Source of the DNA: Squalus acanthias | Lineage: Eukaryota | Length of the DNA: 64,000 bases | Reading direction: 5' to 3' | Assembly (NCBI GenBank): GCA_030390025.1 | Contig: CM059433.1 | Span: 17,176,001-17,240,000, forward strand | Shown: positions 1 to 11,559 of the stretch, piece by piece | Layout: every line of letters begins with the position of its first letter | Numbering within the stretch: position 1 is the first letter of the stretch | Notes under the pieces: model-generated | Database searches by the model: none | Told to the model about the DNA's origin: nothing | The model's input: the letters and a program-made list of their open reading frames with translations, nothing else | Translations under genes and position numbers: made by a program

Positions 1-61
1 TAAAATGGTAAGTGTTCATGTTAAGCGATATCAAAACACAAATCAATGTTGTTCACGTAAT

Positions 62-465
62 GGAAAGAAAGAAAGAGCTTGCATTGGTATCGCACCTTTC
101 ATGTCCCTAGGACTTCTCAAAGCGCTTCACAACCAATGAAGTACTTGTGAGGTTTAGTTACTGTTGTAGTGTAGCCAAGCATGGAAGCCAATTTATGGAC
201 AGCAAGGTTCTACAAACAGTAATGAGATAATTGACCAAATAATCTGTTTTTAATGTTGTTGGTTGAAAGATAAATGTTGGCCAGGACAACAGGAGAGATC
301 CCCATGAGATCTTTTACATCCAACTGAAAGGACAAACGAGGCCTCAGTTAAACATCTCGCCTCAAAGACGGTACCTTCAACAGTGCAGCACTTCCTTTGT
401 GCCAGCCTAGATTATGTGCTTAAATCTTTGAAATGGGGCTTGAACTCACAGCCTTCTGACTCAGG
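62..465 (-). mobile_element. Deu-domain tRNA-derived SINE (SacSINE1/AmnSINE-related), diverged copy
   Basis: Colinear with the better-preserved copy at 29304-29770 (B-box region, Deu-like core, L2-type tail ending in TCTT repeats). Confidence 0.75.
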
Positions 466-764
466 CAAGCGTTTGACTTTACTAATGTTTGCCTTTAATG
501 ATATTAATTGACTTTTTATTTAATAATCATTATTGTTGTGTTGAAGAATGATATGTTATCGTGTCGGGACTTCAGTAATCTCTCCCAACATACAGTTCTG
601 GATCCAGAGGAAGTTTACATTAAGAATGGAGATTCTCTCTTTGCTAACATCTAATTAATATATTTGAGGTTTAATGAAGTATGATTAAACTATGACCTTG
701 ATAAAATCAATATTCTCTGTTCTTTGAAAGCCAAGCTCAGCTAGCTTGATTATATTCTTTGCAG

Positions 765-804
765 ATCAGTATATTTGATGCACTACTTGGCATTGAATTA
801 ATTG
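765..804 (+). CDS. Candidate small exon (ISIFDALLGIELI-G) of an unidentified plus-strand gene
   Basis: Acceptor ttctttgcag, donor gtatgg, open frame, phase 0 to 1; chains in phase with 9541-9575. Confidence 0.3.
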
Positions 805-1154
805 GTATGGATTTATTTTGTGCATCTCCTAATTAGTTATGTATGTTAAAAACTGTCTCTCAAATACTTACTGGTACCAAAAGACCATTATCTCCTTCAG
901 CAACTCGTTCAAGCAGTGTTGTGAGTCCAGCAAATGTGTTGATAAATATTAAACCGTGTTGATTGTTTTCTCCCTTCCCTGAGTTAGGCCACAAGGGTCT
1001 CGAGGCTTTGCACTCGGAAGACGGCAGACAATGATAAAATAAAACTAGGCTCTTCCTGGGGTCCAATAGATCTCACCAGCACTTTAATCCATTAGCTTAT
1101 TTTGGAGTGTTGTAGAACCTTGTGTAGGTGTGAATGGTAGGTGCTTGTTATCAT

Positions 1155-1515
1155 GGCCCAGATTTTGCGGTAAGAATAATGGTGGGGCTATCAGCGTTCA
1201 CTGTTATTGAGGAGTAATTCGAGCAGCAACTTCCAGCGTCCGCACATGCTTCACTACACCAGTATCTCGACGAGAGACTCAGCATTTTAAACACATGAAG
1301 GGCGTGAAGTTGCAGTACTTACCTATTAGGTACCCACTAAACCACGGCAGAAAAAGTTTGGGCTTATCCATTCAAGTGTAAGTGAATTTTTAATGGCATG
1401 ATGAGTCTTAATTACTACAAACAACCTCTCTGGCACAGAAAATTTACTTTTACAAGTGTGGAGTCTCATTCCTTCAGATTTTAATTATTGTTGGAGATTT
1501 TTTTTAATGTTTTTA
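1155..1515. mobile_element. Truncated Harbinger-type MITE
   Basis: Starts with GGCCCAGATTTTGC; internal sequence resembles 3070-3790 and the reverse complement of 21890-22284; no right TIR found. Confidence 0.6.
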
Positions 1516-2194
1516 TTATTAGGCAATCCTACCTAACCCCTGTGACTACCTAAGCTCTTGGATTGAGGGAACCCTAACCTTTACTTCTCCTCACCACTCA
1601 TAAACACATACTGTGTAAGATATCAGCTGTTTCTCCATGTCATTAAAGGCTCACACTTATAGTGTGAAGACTCTTAATGAAGTTTAACACAGATGAAGAA
1701 TCAGAGGTGGATTCTGACATTGAGTGGCAGGGATGTTTCACAGAAAAGGGACTCGACAGATTGTAGAGACTTTAACCATTGCCAAAATTGGCAAGCTAGG
1801 AAACAGCAGAATAGATTTGTTGTTGCTCTCGATGTAGACATCAAAATCTCTTCTGCTGAAGAAACTAGGCATCTGTACAAACTGCTTGAGGCTGATTCCT
1901 AGCAGTTGAATGATATGGGTGTGAAGCTAGGATCCTTGCTGATATCTATATGTCTCCTTGTACCATGCATATGTTGATATTATTTGAGTAAAACTACAGG
2001 TATGGTAAGAGTTTGTATTGGCATCACCTATGGGTGCTGACTTAAGTTGCAAAGCACTCCTTTTTGGCAGATAAGTTATCCAGTCCGAATATAGACAATA
2101 TGATCAGAAATCTGTTGGAATTCCTTTTCTGTATATATGTGAAGAGGGAAAAAACATCAAAACTTTCAAAGTGGTTTCAAGGTCCTATGGTTTA

Positions 2195-2465
2195 GAATAA
2201 AAACAGCAAGTGCTAGAAATACTCAACAGGTCGGGCAGTATCTGTGGTGAGAGAAACAGAGTTAACATTTCAGGTTGATAACCTTTCGTCAGTACTGAAA
2301 AAGTTAGAGATATAACCAAGGTTTTAAGCAAGACTTAAGTCTTCTCTACATTGGGGAGACCAAACGCAGACTGGGTGATCGCCCCACGGAACACCTCTGC
2401 CCAGTCCGCAAGCGTGCCCCCGAGCCTCCGGTCAACCGTCACTCCAACTCTCCGCTCCACTCCTA
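2195..2465. mobile_element. Penelope-like element fragment: inverted terminal repeat plus GIY-YIG piece
   Basis: 2341-2466 (+) translates LLYIGETKRRLGDRPTEHL...PVNRHSNS, a GIY-YIG endonuclease motif; 2195-2300 is the element's 3' terminal repeat in inverted orientation. Confidence 0.8.
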
Positions 2466-2616
2466 TGGTTTCGATATAGTGATGTGCCATTTTGACTTAT
2501 TTGCCTCAAAGCTTTCACAACTGCCAATTTTCCACTGGGATCCATTCAAGCAATTAGTGATTTAAGCATTGAAGGGGATAGCCTGCAATTATGTGGTTGC
2601 TCAGAAAATAAACTGT

Positions 2617-2649
2617 TATTATTATTATTATTATTATTAATAATAATAA
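2617..2649. repeat. (TTA)n/(TAA)n microsatellite
   Basis: Read directly from the sequence. Confidence 0.9.
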
Positions 2650-3069
2650 GGGCCTTGGAAACACCCTGAAGCTGCTTTATCCAATGACATGAATGGAGAC
2701 CTTTTGGACTTCATGGTGGTAGCCCTAACCAAGAACACTGGACTTCCTCTGTAGAGGTTTCTGAATTGGTGTCTTCTTTAACATTTTAACAATGTAGCGG
2801 TTGGTTATCTGAGGTTCATTGAGCCCCATCAATAGATTTTTCATGGTAGATTTTCTTGTAAAGGCATCCAGTTATAGATTAATAACACAATGGAATGAGA
2901 TTTAACAGTCATTAAGGGGTTAATGCTGAAATGTGTGCATCTTCTCACCAAACTGGAGAGACCTTGGCATAGGTCCACTGTATGATCATTCAATAATTGG
3001 TTAGTCATTAAGCTGCCTTTCTGAGAATTTAAGTGTTGATATACATTTCTCATTGGCCATCAACCCAAT

Positions 3070-3790
3070 GGCCCAGAATTCTCTGGGAAAATAACTGAGT
3101 TTAATGTGCACACCGTTATTAGTGTGTGAATCGCCCAACCATTTGTGGCGAGGAAGAAAAACCCTGTGAGTTGCGAATCACCACAAGTTGCTGGACGATT
3201 TGTGCTTCTCTGCCATTAGCCTCGCAAAAATGGCAGCTTGCCCTCAACCTCCCAGTGAGTTTCAAGAAATTGCTGCATTTGTGCAGTAAGTATGAAGTAA
3301 ACTCACCTCAAAGTTAGGGCTGGTACTTAACAGCGTAAGGACCCTTTTAATTATGAGATTTATGTTCCTGCAGTTCCACTCAACCTCTCCGGCCCAGAAA
3401 GGGAATAATCAAAACTGTGGAGTCTCATTCCTGCAGGTAGTAAATTGTTCTGAGAGGTTTCTAAAATTTTTAATTGTAAATTTTTTTACTTACTTTTTCT
3501 TTCTGTCTCTTTTTCTCTCTCTCTCTCTCTTAATATAATCTTTATTTCTCTTTCTGTATCTAATTTAACTTTAATTCACCCTATTTCCTTCATCATCGTT
3601 CCTCTGTTTCTTCCTCTATTCTTAAATCTCACAGGTTAAGGAGACAGACTGTTGGTCCCGTCGTTCACCAGGGTCCCAGATGCCCCAATGACTTTGTTAT
3701 TAGCTCGCACTTCCAGTAATATGCAAAAAAAATTCAAGCTGAAGGGTGATGAAAAAAATCTAACTAATTTGCTCCAGCAGAATCTGGGCC
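3070..3790. mobile_element. Harbinger-type MITE
   Basis: TIRs GGCCCAGAATT...AATCTGGGCC with a 3-bp TSD AAT on both sides. Confidence 0.8.
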
Positions 3791-3894
3791 AATGTTTATT
3801 TGGACCATCAGGCTGAGCAAGTGGACATGAATTTAAGATCATTTCCAAAACCATGAAGGGAAAGACTAGAAGAATTTCTGTTACATAGAGAGCT

Positions 3895-4150
3895 AGTAGG
3901 ACATTGAATGGCCTTCCACAAATTGTGATTGAAGCAGACTCCATGTTGGCTTTTAAAAGTGTGCTGGATAAATATTTAAAAAAGAAATTGTTTAACCATA
4001 ATGGGAGGTGTACCCTTTTAGTCTCTGAAAGACATCTCAAGCTTGTACTGGCTCTCTGAAAGACCTGTCCACTTAGCCCCATTTTCCTGGGAATGACTAA
4101 GTGGATAGATCTTTCAGAAAACCAGCACAAACATGATAGACCAAACAACT
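3895..4150 (+). mobile_element. Old CR1 3' remnant
   Basis: Degraded match to the CR1 C-terminus (NGLPQIVIEADSMLAFKSVLDKYL) and 3' UTR. Confidence 0.5.
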
Positions 4151-4314
4151 TCTATCATGATTTTGGATTATTACTCGAGATATTTTCTCAGGTTCAGCAT
4201 CGCCAGTCTCTCCCATAAGCAGATCTTGTCTTCCTTACAACTCAGAGGGTACCTCTTTCAACCCAATATCTAGATAAAAGATCATTCCAATCACTGGGTC
4301 TTACTGAGAACCTT

Positions 4315-5160
4315 GGGCGCGATCTTGCCAGCCCTGGGGAGGCGGGTTTGGAGGCGGGACTGCCGGGAAAATGACAGAATCTGGGGGCGGGTGCCCATCC
4401 CGCCCCCAAACCCGCCTCCGTGCCATCTTCCCAGGAGGCGGGTAGCCGACCCGCGCCGGGTCCCGTCTCCTGGAGGCGGGAAGGGGATTAGTGCCACTTA
4501 ACTGCCTGTTAACAGGTAGTTAACTGGCAGATAAGAGGATTATCCCCATTTTGCCCACACAAGTGCGGGCTTCCTGAAGGCTGCGAACCCTGCCAGGGTC
4601 ACCGAGGCGAGCAGTGGGTCTGCGGGGGTCGGAGGGGTGCAAAAGTGCGCTGTGGAGGTAAGTGATGGGTGCAAGTGTGGAGAGGTGAGTGTGTGAGGTA
4701 AGTGGAAAGTGTTAGAAAAAGTTTACTTACCTTTATTTCTTCCTGCAGGCTTCAATTGTTGGGGATGCGGAGAGTCTTGCATCTCCGCGGCAGAGATGGC
4801 AGATGGCCGTTGCATTCTCCAATGCAACAACCATCTAATTTCTGCTAAAGAAAGAGGTTTGATGAGTCTTGAATACAAGGACTCATCAAACAACAGAGAA
4901 TGTCAGTGTTTGACAGCTTCACAGAGCTGTCAAGCGATAACAATTCATCTGTCAAAAATTTCTGACAGATGAAACGTCATACGTTGACATTCTCTGTAAC
5001 CGGCTTTCCCTTAATTGGCCTGCTAAACCCGCTGGGCGGGCTTAACAAGGTCAATCAAGGGAAAATAGCGTGGGTTGGCCAGAAGTCGATGGAGGCAGGA
5101 CTAAAACCCGACAAGTGGGAGTCCCGCCTCCAAAAGCTCCCCATTGGCAAAATCCAGCCC
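4315..5160. mobile_element. Harbinger-type MITE
   Basis: Imperfect TIRs GGGCGCGATCTTGCC...GGCAAAATCCAGCCC, TSD CTT/CTT, GC-rich subterminal motifs. Confidence 0.8.
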
Positions 5161-5402
5161 CTTGACTCTGTGCACTGGCTACTGGAATGTATACCGTATT
5201 GCTTCATGAATTCTCCTTTCTCTCTCTCAATGTTGGACTGCGTAAACACTCTTATAAAATGAAGGCAAAGTCTTTGAAGCAATAAGTGGTTTTATTTCCA
5301 GAGATAGATGAACAAGTGAGATATATATTTCCCTACACTCCTCGACAGATAAACCAACAAGGATGCAGTTTGATTTCTAGCTAAACATGGATCTTTAAAC
5401 AG

Positions 5403-5497
5403 AAATAAAAACAGAAAATGCCGGAGAAACTCAGCAGGTCAGGCAGCATCTGTGAAGAGAGAAACAAGAGTTAACGTTTCAGGTCGACGACCTTTCT
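5403..5497 (-). mobile_element. Penelope terminal-repeat fragment
   Basis: Matches 2195-2290 and the reverse complement of 6240-6320. Confidence 0.7.
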
Positions 5498-5773
5498 TTA
5501 AACAGAAGACCACTTACTGTAAACTTTATCTCGCTTAATTCTCTCCTGGTTCTAGTTTAAATGTACTCAGCCTTACACTGGTGACTGTGAGTTTCAAACA
5601 CTGACTGCATTCCCTGACTGACTGAGAACTACTAATCTGTAAGATGTGGTCTTTGACCACGGAGCTGTGGGTCACTGTGGCCTATCCTTTGAACTGTGAT
5701 CAGGGGGATTCTCATAGTCTGGCTGGTTATGTCCCCATCTGGGTAAATTGAAAAGAACAACATGTTAACCAGC

Positions 5774-5931
5774 AAATAACAACAGAAAACGCTGGAAAAA
5801 CTCAGCAGGCCAGGCAGCATCCGTGGAGAGAGAAACAGTTTCTCTCTCCACGGATGCTGCCTGGCCTGCTGAGTTTTTCCAGCGTTTTCTGTTGTTATTT
5901 CGGATTTCCAGCATCCGCTGTATTTTGCTAT
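5774..5931. mobile_element. Penelope terminal fragment forming a perfect palindrome
   Basis: Arms 5774-5836 and 5838-5900 are exact reverse complements; flanked by CATGTTAA(C/A)CAGC direct repeats. Confidence 0.85.
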
Positions 5932-6109
5932 CATGTTAAACAGCAAGCTGTCTCTATGGTGGTGCTTCGACCAATGTGGACCACCTCTGACAATAGCACA
6001 ACACATTTGGGATGCAAATAATGGCCCTGCAGCATGATTAACCAATTAACACTTCAGATTGCCGTAGTGTGTGCTAAAACACATTTACACCTTGCAGATA
6101 ATCTAACAA

Positions 6110-6350
6110 ATTTGTTTTTTAATCTCTCCTGTCATCCGGCCTATCACAGACCTTCCCTTTGTTCTTTCCTCCCCCTCCCTTTCCCTGCCCCACACTTGCT
6201 TAAAAATCTGTTACTTCTCCACCTTTTCCAGTTCTGACGAAGGGTCATCAACCTGAAACGTTAACTCTGATTCTCTCTCCATGATGCTGCCTGACCTGCA
6301 TTTTCTGTTGTTATTTCTGATTTCCAGCATCCGCAGTATTATGCTTTTGT
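6110..6350 (+). mobile_element. Penelope 3' terminal region
   Basis: Same terminal sequence as 5838-5930; contains a hammerhead motif. Confidence 0.75.
6230..6266 (+). ncRNA. Minimal type I hammerhead ribozyme motif (Penelope-associated)
   Basis: AGTT-CTGACGA-[AGGGT CATCA ACCT]-GAAAC-GTT-AACT: stem I AGTT/AACT, both core boxes, palindromic stem III. Confidence 0.65.
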
Positions 6351-6424
6351 CTGACAAATAAACTGTCTTTTCTGAGCTGATAGCTTTCATGTAAAGTGAT
6401 GGCTTCTATGACCTTGTGTTAACC

Positions 6425-6735
6425 CGGTGGCATAGTGGTTAGCACTGTTGCCTCACAGCGCCAGGGACCCGGGTTCGAATCCGGCCTCGGGTGACTGTCT
6501 GTGTGGAGTTTGCACATTCTCCCTGTGTCTGCGTGGGTTTCCTCCGGGTGCTCCGGTTTCCTCCCACAGTCCAAAGATGTGTGGGTTAGGTTGATTTGGC
6601 TATGATAAATTGACCCTTAGTGTTAGGGGGGATTAAATACGTGGGGTTACGGGGATAGGGTGGGATATGTGTCGGTGCAGGCTCGATGGGCCGAAATGGC
6701 CTCTATCTGCACTGTGGGGATTCTGTGATTCTGTG
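6425..6735 (+). mobile_element. HE1-like V-SINE (tRNA-derived)
   Basis: A box TGGCATAGTGG, B box GGTTCGAATCC, V-domain core (GGGTTTCCTCCGGGTGCTCCGGTTTCCTCCCACA), CR1-type tail with GATTCTGT repeats. Confidence 0.85.
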
Positions 6736-6984
6736 AACCCTTACATGCTGCTTCTGGCATGACAAAATAAAGGTTTAAAAATTGAATATTTAGTGTTTGT
6801 GTTCCTTCCACAGACCTTGTCCGATTTTCTTATTGTTATTCCTTAATCTATTCAATCGCCACATGGACTGGTGTCATTTCCAAGAAGATAAAGCTCCGTT
6901 AAATCTATCCTTGGGTCCTTAAGGCAATCCAGTCAAATTGTAAGATATCAATGTAGCATTACAGCTTATATTATTAACTACTAA

Positions 6985-7672
6985 GGGGGTGAAATTGGGT
7001 GCCTTCGCACTTCCCGGGGGCGCTAACGGGGTGCAAATGGCTTTGCGACCGGGTGCGGCGCTGACATCGACTCCCGCCATATTCAGCAGGAGTTTTGTGG
7101 CGGCGCTACAGCGTTGCGCCCCGATCTCCTTCGCCCGGAGATCGTGACGTCATCGCCGTGCGCACCGCCCCGGTAGCGCCCTGTACCCGAAATTGACTTC
7201 TGCCCCCTGCAGCAGCGCCGGGCGAAAACACCCGACAGCTGCCGGAGGCGTGCATCGGGGCAGCCGGCCGCTTCGGGGGGCGATGATTAAAGGCGAGGTG
7301 GCCGAGGTAAGTGGGAAAAAAAAACTTACCTTTCCTGTTCTAGTTTTTTTCGTGGGTTCCTGCCTGCGATTGATTGTGTGGGATTACGGCTGCCTTGGTG
7401 GTCCAGGTAGGTACTTTTTATATTGCAGAGTCTGCAGCGATGGCCATTCCCTTTAAGGGAAGGAAGGAGCCTTTGAACGCGGCAGCGCTGCACGGCCCAG
7501 TGTGCAGCGCTGCTGAAGTCTCCGGCCCACTCTCCGATGTTAGCGCCCTAAGAAGGAAGTGGAGCGCTTGATTTAGCACTCCACTTCCCTCATGGGGCGC
7601 TAAAACTCAATTTTGAGGCCGCCGGGCGCTAAAGTTAGTGTCCCAAAATGGTCGATAACGAATTTTTACCCC
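6985..7672. mobile_element. GC-rich Harbinger MITE (same subfamily as 50757-51438)
   Basis: TIRs GGGGGTGAAATT...AATTTTTACCCC, TSD TAA/TAA. Confidence 0.88.
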
Positions 7673-7789
7673 TAACTTTTCACATTCTGTAGATAATGTT
7701 ATCATTGTCCCAGCAGCACAAAAACTATTGTATTCAATGGAAGACCAACTACATCGCGCTGACCATCAGAGGCAGAATCATTGCTGATT

Positions 7790-8440
7790 TCCTCACCATC
7801 AACATCGTGTGGGTTGCCTTTGAGCAGAAGCTTAACTGGATCAGTCATATTAAAACCTGAAGAAGCAGGGCAGAGGCTGGGTACTGTGTGATGAGTTGTT
7901 CACTTCTTGCCTCTGAAAACTTCTCCACCATCTACTAGGTACAAGTCAGGAGTGAGATGAAATATTCACTACTCACCTGGATGGGTACTGCTGTAGTAAC
8001 ACTCGAGAAGCTCTATCATCCAAGACAGCATTCTGAATGCTTGCCACTGGAGTCATTATCTAGCCCCTCTATCACTGGTGCACTGTGGCTGCAGTATGCA
8101 CTAACTATCGGATTCACTGCAATAAGTCACCAACTTCTTTGACCAGACACAGCACTCTCTAACCTTTATCACAAAGAAGGACAAGAGCAGCAACATCATA
8201 GGAACATATTTGTCTCCAAGCTCCCCTCCATGCCACACACCATCATGACTTGGGCATGTATCACTGTTCTTTTTCACTGCTGGGTCCAAATCCTGAAATT
8301 CCCTACCTAACACCATTTTGGGAACCCCATCACCACAAAAACTGCAGCGGTTCAAGAAGGCCCACCACCACAGGGTAATTAGGCATGGGCAATAAATGCA
8401 ACTTTGTCAACGTCATTCACCTTCTGAGAACACATTTTTA
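7790..8440 (+). mobile_element. Old 3' fragment of the CR1-group LINE family B
   Basis: Colinear with 44720-45400 (KLNW-SHI, YSLLTWM, 3' UTR with GGGCAATAAA). Confidence 0.75.
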
Positions 8441-8544
8441 AAAAGAGAATATTTTGACAATCTGTGTCAGTACTTGTAATTGTCATCCTCATCTTGACCA
8501 GATATTATTTAATTAACAGTGCATTGGCTACTAAAGATAATCTT

Positions 8545-8890
8545 GCCTTCCCCATTGGGTAAAGGCTCTGCAATAATAAGCCATACAAATCAGAAGGTCC
8601 CAGGTTTGCTTCTGAGCCTTTGCTTTTTAGTTGATCTCAGCTGGACTACAAGTTTGGGCATGATAACTGGACACAGTGCCCTGGGATAGGAAGGTAACAG
8701 AGAGAATTTCTGCTGCTAATCACTGCCTAGTGGAAAGTACATGAGCATGGATGGTGGGTCAGCTCAGCTGTGATATTTTCAACTGTCAAGGACTCTGACA
8801 CTAACCATGGCTACTTTGGCAAGGAATAGAATGGATGTGAATGTCTGTGGAACTGCAGCCTAGCAAGATTCAATGCCTTCAACAAAGAAG
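8545..8890 (+). mobile_element. Ancient SINE-like repeat
   Basis: Loosely similar to 39310-39720, with a B-box-like CCCAGGTT region; family not identified. Confidence 0.4.
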
Positions 8891-9394
8891 AGGAGAAAAC
8901 AGCAACAACAAAAAATTGGGGGAAAAAATAACAGAAATGTGGAGAAAAATGATTTTGACAAAAGTTATCATGTGGTAGCAGTCTTTCTATATTATTCAGA
9001 GACTTTTAGTTCTCAGTTTGGTACATATGACAGACATTAAACCCTTCAGACAGGTATTTAGGAGTAATCTCCTTTATTTAACGCTTATAATTTCCTATCA
9101 TTTTCCAATAAACAACATTTTAATATCCTAACAACAGTTAAGTTGACACTCAATCAGAGGTTTAGTTGCTAGTATTCAAATTGACTGTGTCAGTGAGGCA
9201 CTTCACGTATGTTAATGTCTGCTAATGATGCAGATGAATTTTACATTTTACTTCACTGGTACTAAAGATGCAGAAGGAGACAAATTAGCCACATTTCTGA
9301 GTTGGAATTGTTTATTCTTATCAGTTTTACAATTTTTAAAGTTACATTTTTGGAACAGTGATGATGCTTTGATAATGGACGGTCATATGGACGA

Positions 9395-9478
9395 CACGTC
9401 AAAAGCACTTCATTGGCTGTGAAGCATTTTGGGACATCCTGCAGTCGTGAAAGGTGCTATATAAATGCAAGTTCATTT
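9395..9478 (+). mobile_element. 3' tail of the Deu-SINE
   Basis: Matches the tail of 29304-29385 (GTGAAAGGTGCTATATAAATGCAAGT). Confidence 0.65.
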
Positions 9479-9540
9479 GTTCATTATCTGGACCTGTGTA
9501 CGACCTGTGTAGCTAGGTAATAATGATGTGGTATTTGTAG

Positions 9541-9575
9541 GTGCTGATGCTTCATCAAGGGTACCAACAGAGAGG
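9541..9575 (+). CDS. Candidate 35-nt exon (G-ADASSRVPTER)
   Basis: Acceptor tttgtag, donor gtgagg, phase 1 to 0. Confidence 0.25.
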
Positions 9576-9744
9576 GTGAGGTGATTGACGCTAGAAAGGG
9601 CTGATCTCTTCTAACTCATCACTCAGATTGGTCAATCAAATTGAGGTTTCTTTGGAAATGGAAGATATACATAAGGTAGTGTTTTTTGGCGCTAAACTTT
9701 AGTTCTCCATTTTCAGTCTTCAGTTCTCACTGAAAATAGCGACA

Positions 9745-10410
9745 TAGGTTAACAAGGCCATAAAAAAGCAAACCAAGCACTAGCGTTTATTTCTAGTGGG
9801 ATTGAATTGAAAAGTAGGGAAGTTATGCTAAACTTGTATCGAACCTTGGTTAGACCACACTTAGAGTACTGCGTACAATTCTGGTCGCCATATTATAAAA
9901 AGGATATAGAGGCACTGGAGAGGGTGCAAAAAAGATTTACAAGGCTGATACCAGAAATGCGAGGGTATACCTATCAGGAAAGGATGAACAGGCTGGGTTT
10001 CCTTTCTCTTGAAAAGAGAAGGCTGAGGGGTGACCTAATAGAGGTCTTTAAAATTATGAAAGGTTTTGATAGAGTAAATACACAGAGAGTGCTTCCACTT
10101 GTGGGAAGAGCAAAACTAGAGACCGTCAATATAAGATAGTCACCAAGAAATCCAATAGGGAATTTAGAAGGAACTTCTTCACCCAGAAAGTGGTGAGAAT
10201 GTGGAACTCGCTACCACAGGGAGTGGTTGAAATGAATAGTATAGATGCATTTAAGGAGAGGCTAGATAAGCATGTGAGGGAGAAGGGAATAGAGGGTTAA
10301 GCTGATAGAGTTCGATGAGGAAAGACGAAAGGAGGCTCGAGTGGAGCATAAACGCTGGCATGGACTGGTTGGGCCGAATGGCCTGTTTCTGTGCTGTATA
10401 TCCTATGTAA
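9745..10410 (+). mobile_element. CR1 LINE 3' fragment
   Basis: ORF 9807-10139 LYRTLVRPHLEYCVQFWSP...RRLRGDLIEVFK is the CR1 ORF2 C-terminus, followed by a CR1 3' UTR. Confidence 0.9.
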
Positions 10411-11559
10411 TCCAATCTTCAGTCCTTGGTTCTTAATTTAATTCTACTGCTTTTAATCATTCTTTTAATAATTTTTGTAGTAGGTGATGTAGGAGTTGTT
10501 TAGTATATGTAGAAGGGTGTTTCTGTAAAACTGAAAGTGCATCTCTGATAGAGAGACAGAAAGGTGACAGAAGTTAAGATTGTACCAGCCAGATACAAAC
10601 AGATATAAGTGTGTCACTTAGATGTACAATCTTCCCTGAGAGAAAGGGTGATGAGATTTAAAGCAGATAGCCCCGATCCAGCTACCTGAATGGCAGGTGA
10701 ATTTATCCAGGAGCAGAGGATCCATGAGGAACGGATGGCACCTCCACAGACGGAGGTTTATTACTCTGAGATCTCAGAAGGCTACGCCATCCTCCCAGAG
10801 GAAGGTGACACAACCAGTTCATGCACGCCAGCTCGTAAGGACAATGTCATGAAGTTCGAGAAACATTGCTAGCTACAAGCATATGTAGTTTAATCTATTA
10901 AATCAACTGGCTATCTAATGCTATTAACTTGTCATCCATCTAAGAAGTCTAATCCTAAATTAATCTCACCAATTTATATTAATCTCTGACATTGACCTTA
11001 ACTGTAAATTTATAATCAACAAGCCGTCAATGCGGAATTACTGTGGCCTAACTGAATTGCCTTTGTAACCTTTGTTATTTGTTTTGTCTGGTGCCCTTGA
11101 TGAATATTTTTGTCACGGTATTGATCCCATTGATCTTGCAATGGGCAGAAGGATTATACTAAGCATATTGATAACTCTGGGTGGAATCATTTAATTTTTT
11201 GAATTTTGATAACATTTCCCTGACAGATGAATACTTGTGGATTGAGACTCTGAATAATTTAATTCAACCCAAGTAATTCAAACAAATGGATTCATTATTT
11301 TTTGTGTCATCGAAGGTAAATATTGTCAATAATTTTATGCATCAAATGATTTAACGATAAAAGTTTTTAGCAGTTCATATTTGTGGAATCACTTTAACAG
11401 ATGTAAATCAAAATGAGAACAATATAGCAATGACTAAGATAACTGACAGAATCTGTGCCTACCACTCAATCTGTTTCATTGTCTTTTTGCACTTTGATTA
11501 ATGGGAGAATGCAACATTTTATGGAAAATAATTTTGGGTTCTGGCAAAGAGGGATAAAC

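Noticed and set aside
3636..4148. 170-aa minus-strand ORF
   Set aside because: Spans a MITE end and an antisense CR1 remnant; no domain signal.
6425..6490. tRNA gene
   Set aside because: The A and B boxes belong to a SINE head that continues into a V-domain and LINE tail; the same applies at 16228, 29700 and 42168.
10550..10872. Possible CR1 ORF1 remnant or 60-aa ORF
   Set aside because: The resemblance is too weak to support a call.
11227..11272. Candidate exon DEYLWIETLNNLIQP
   Set aside because: Splice sites are plausible but the phase does not chain with the other candidates.
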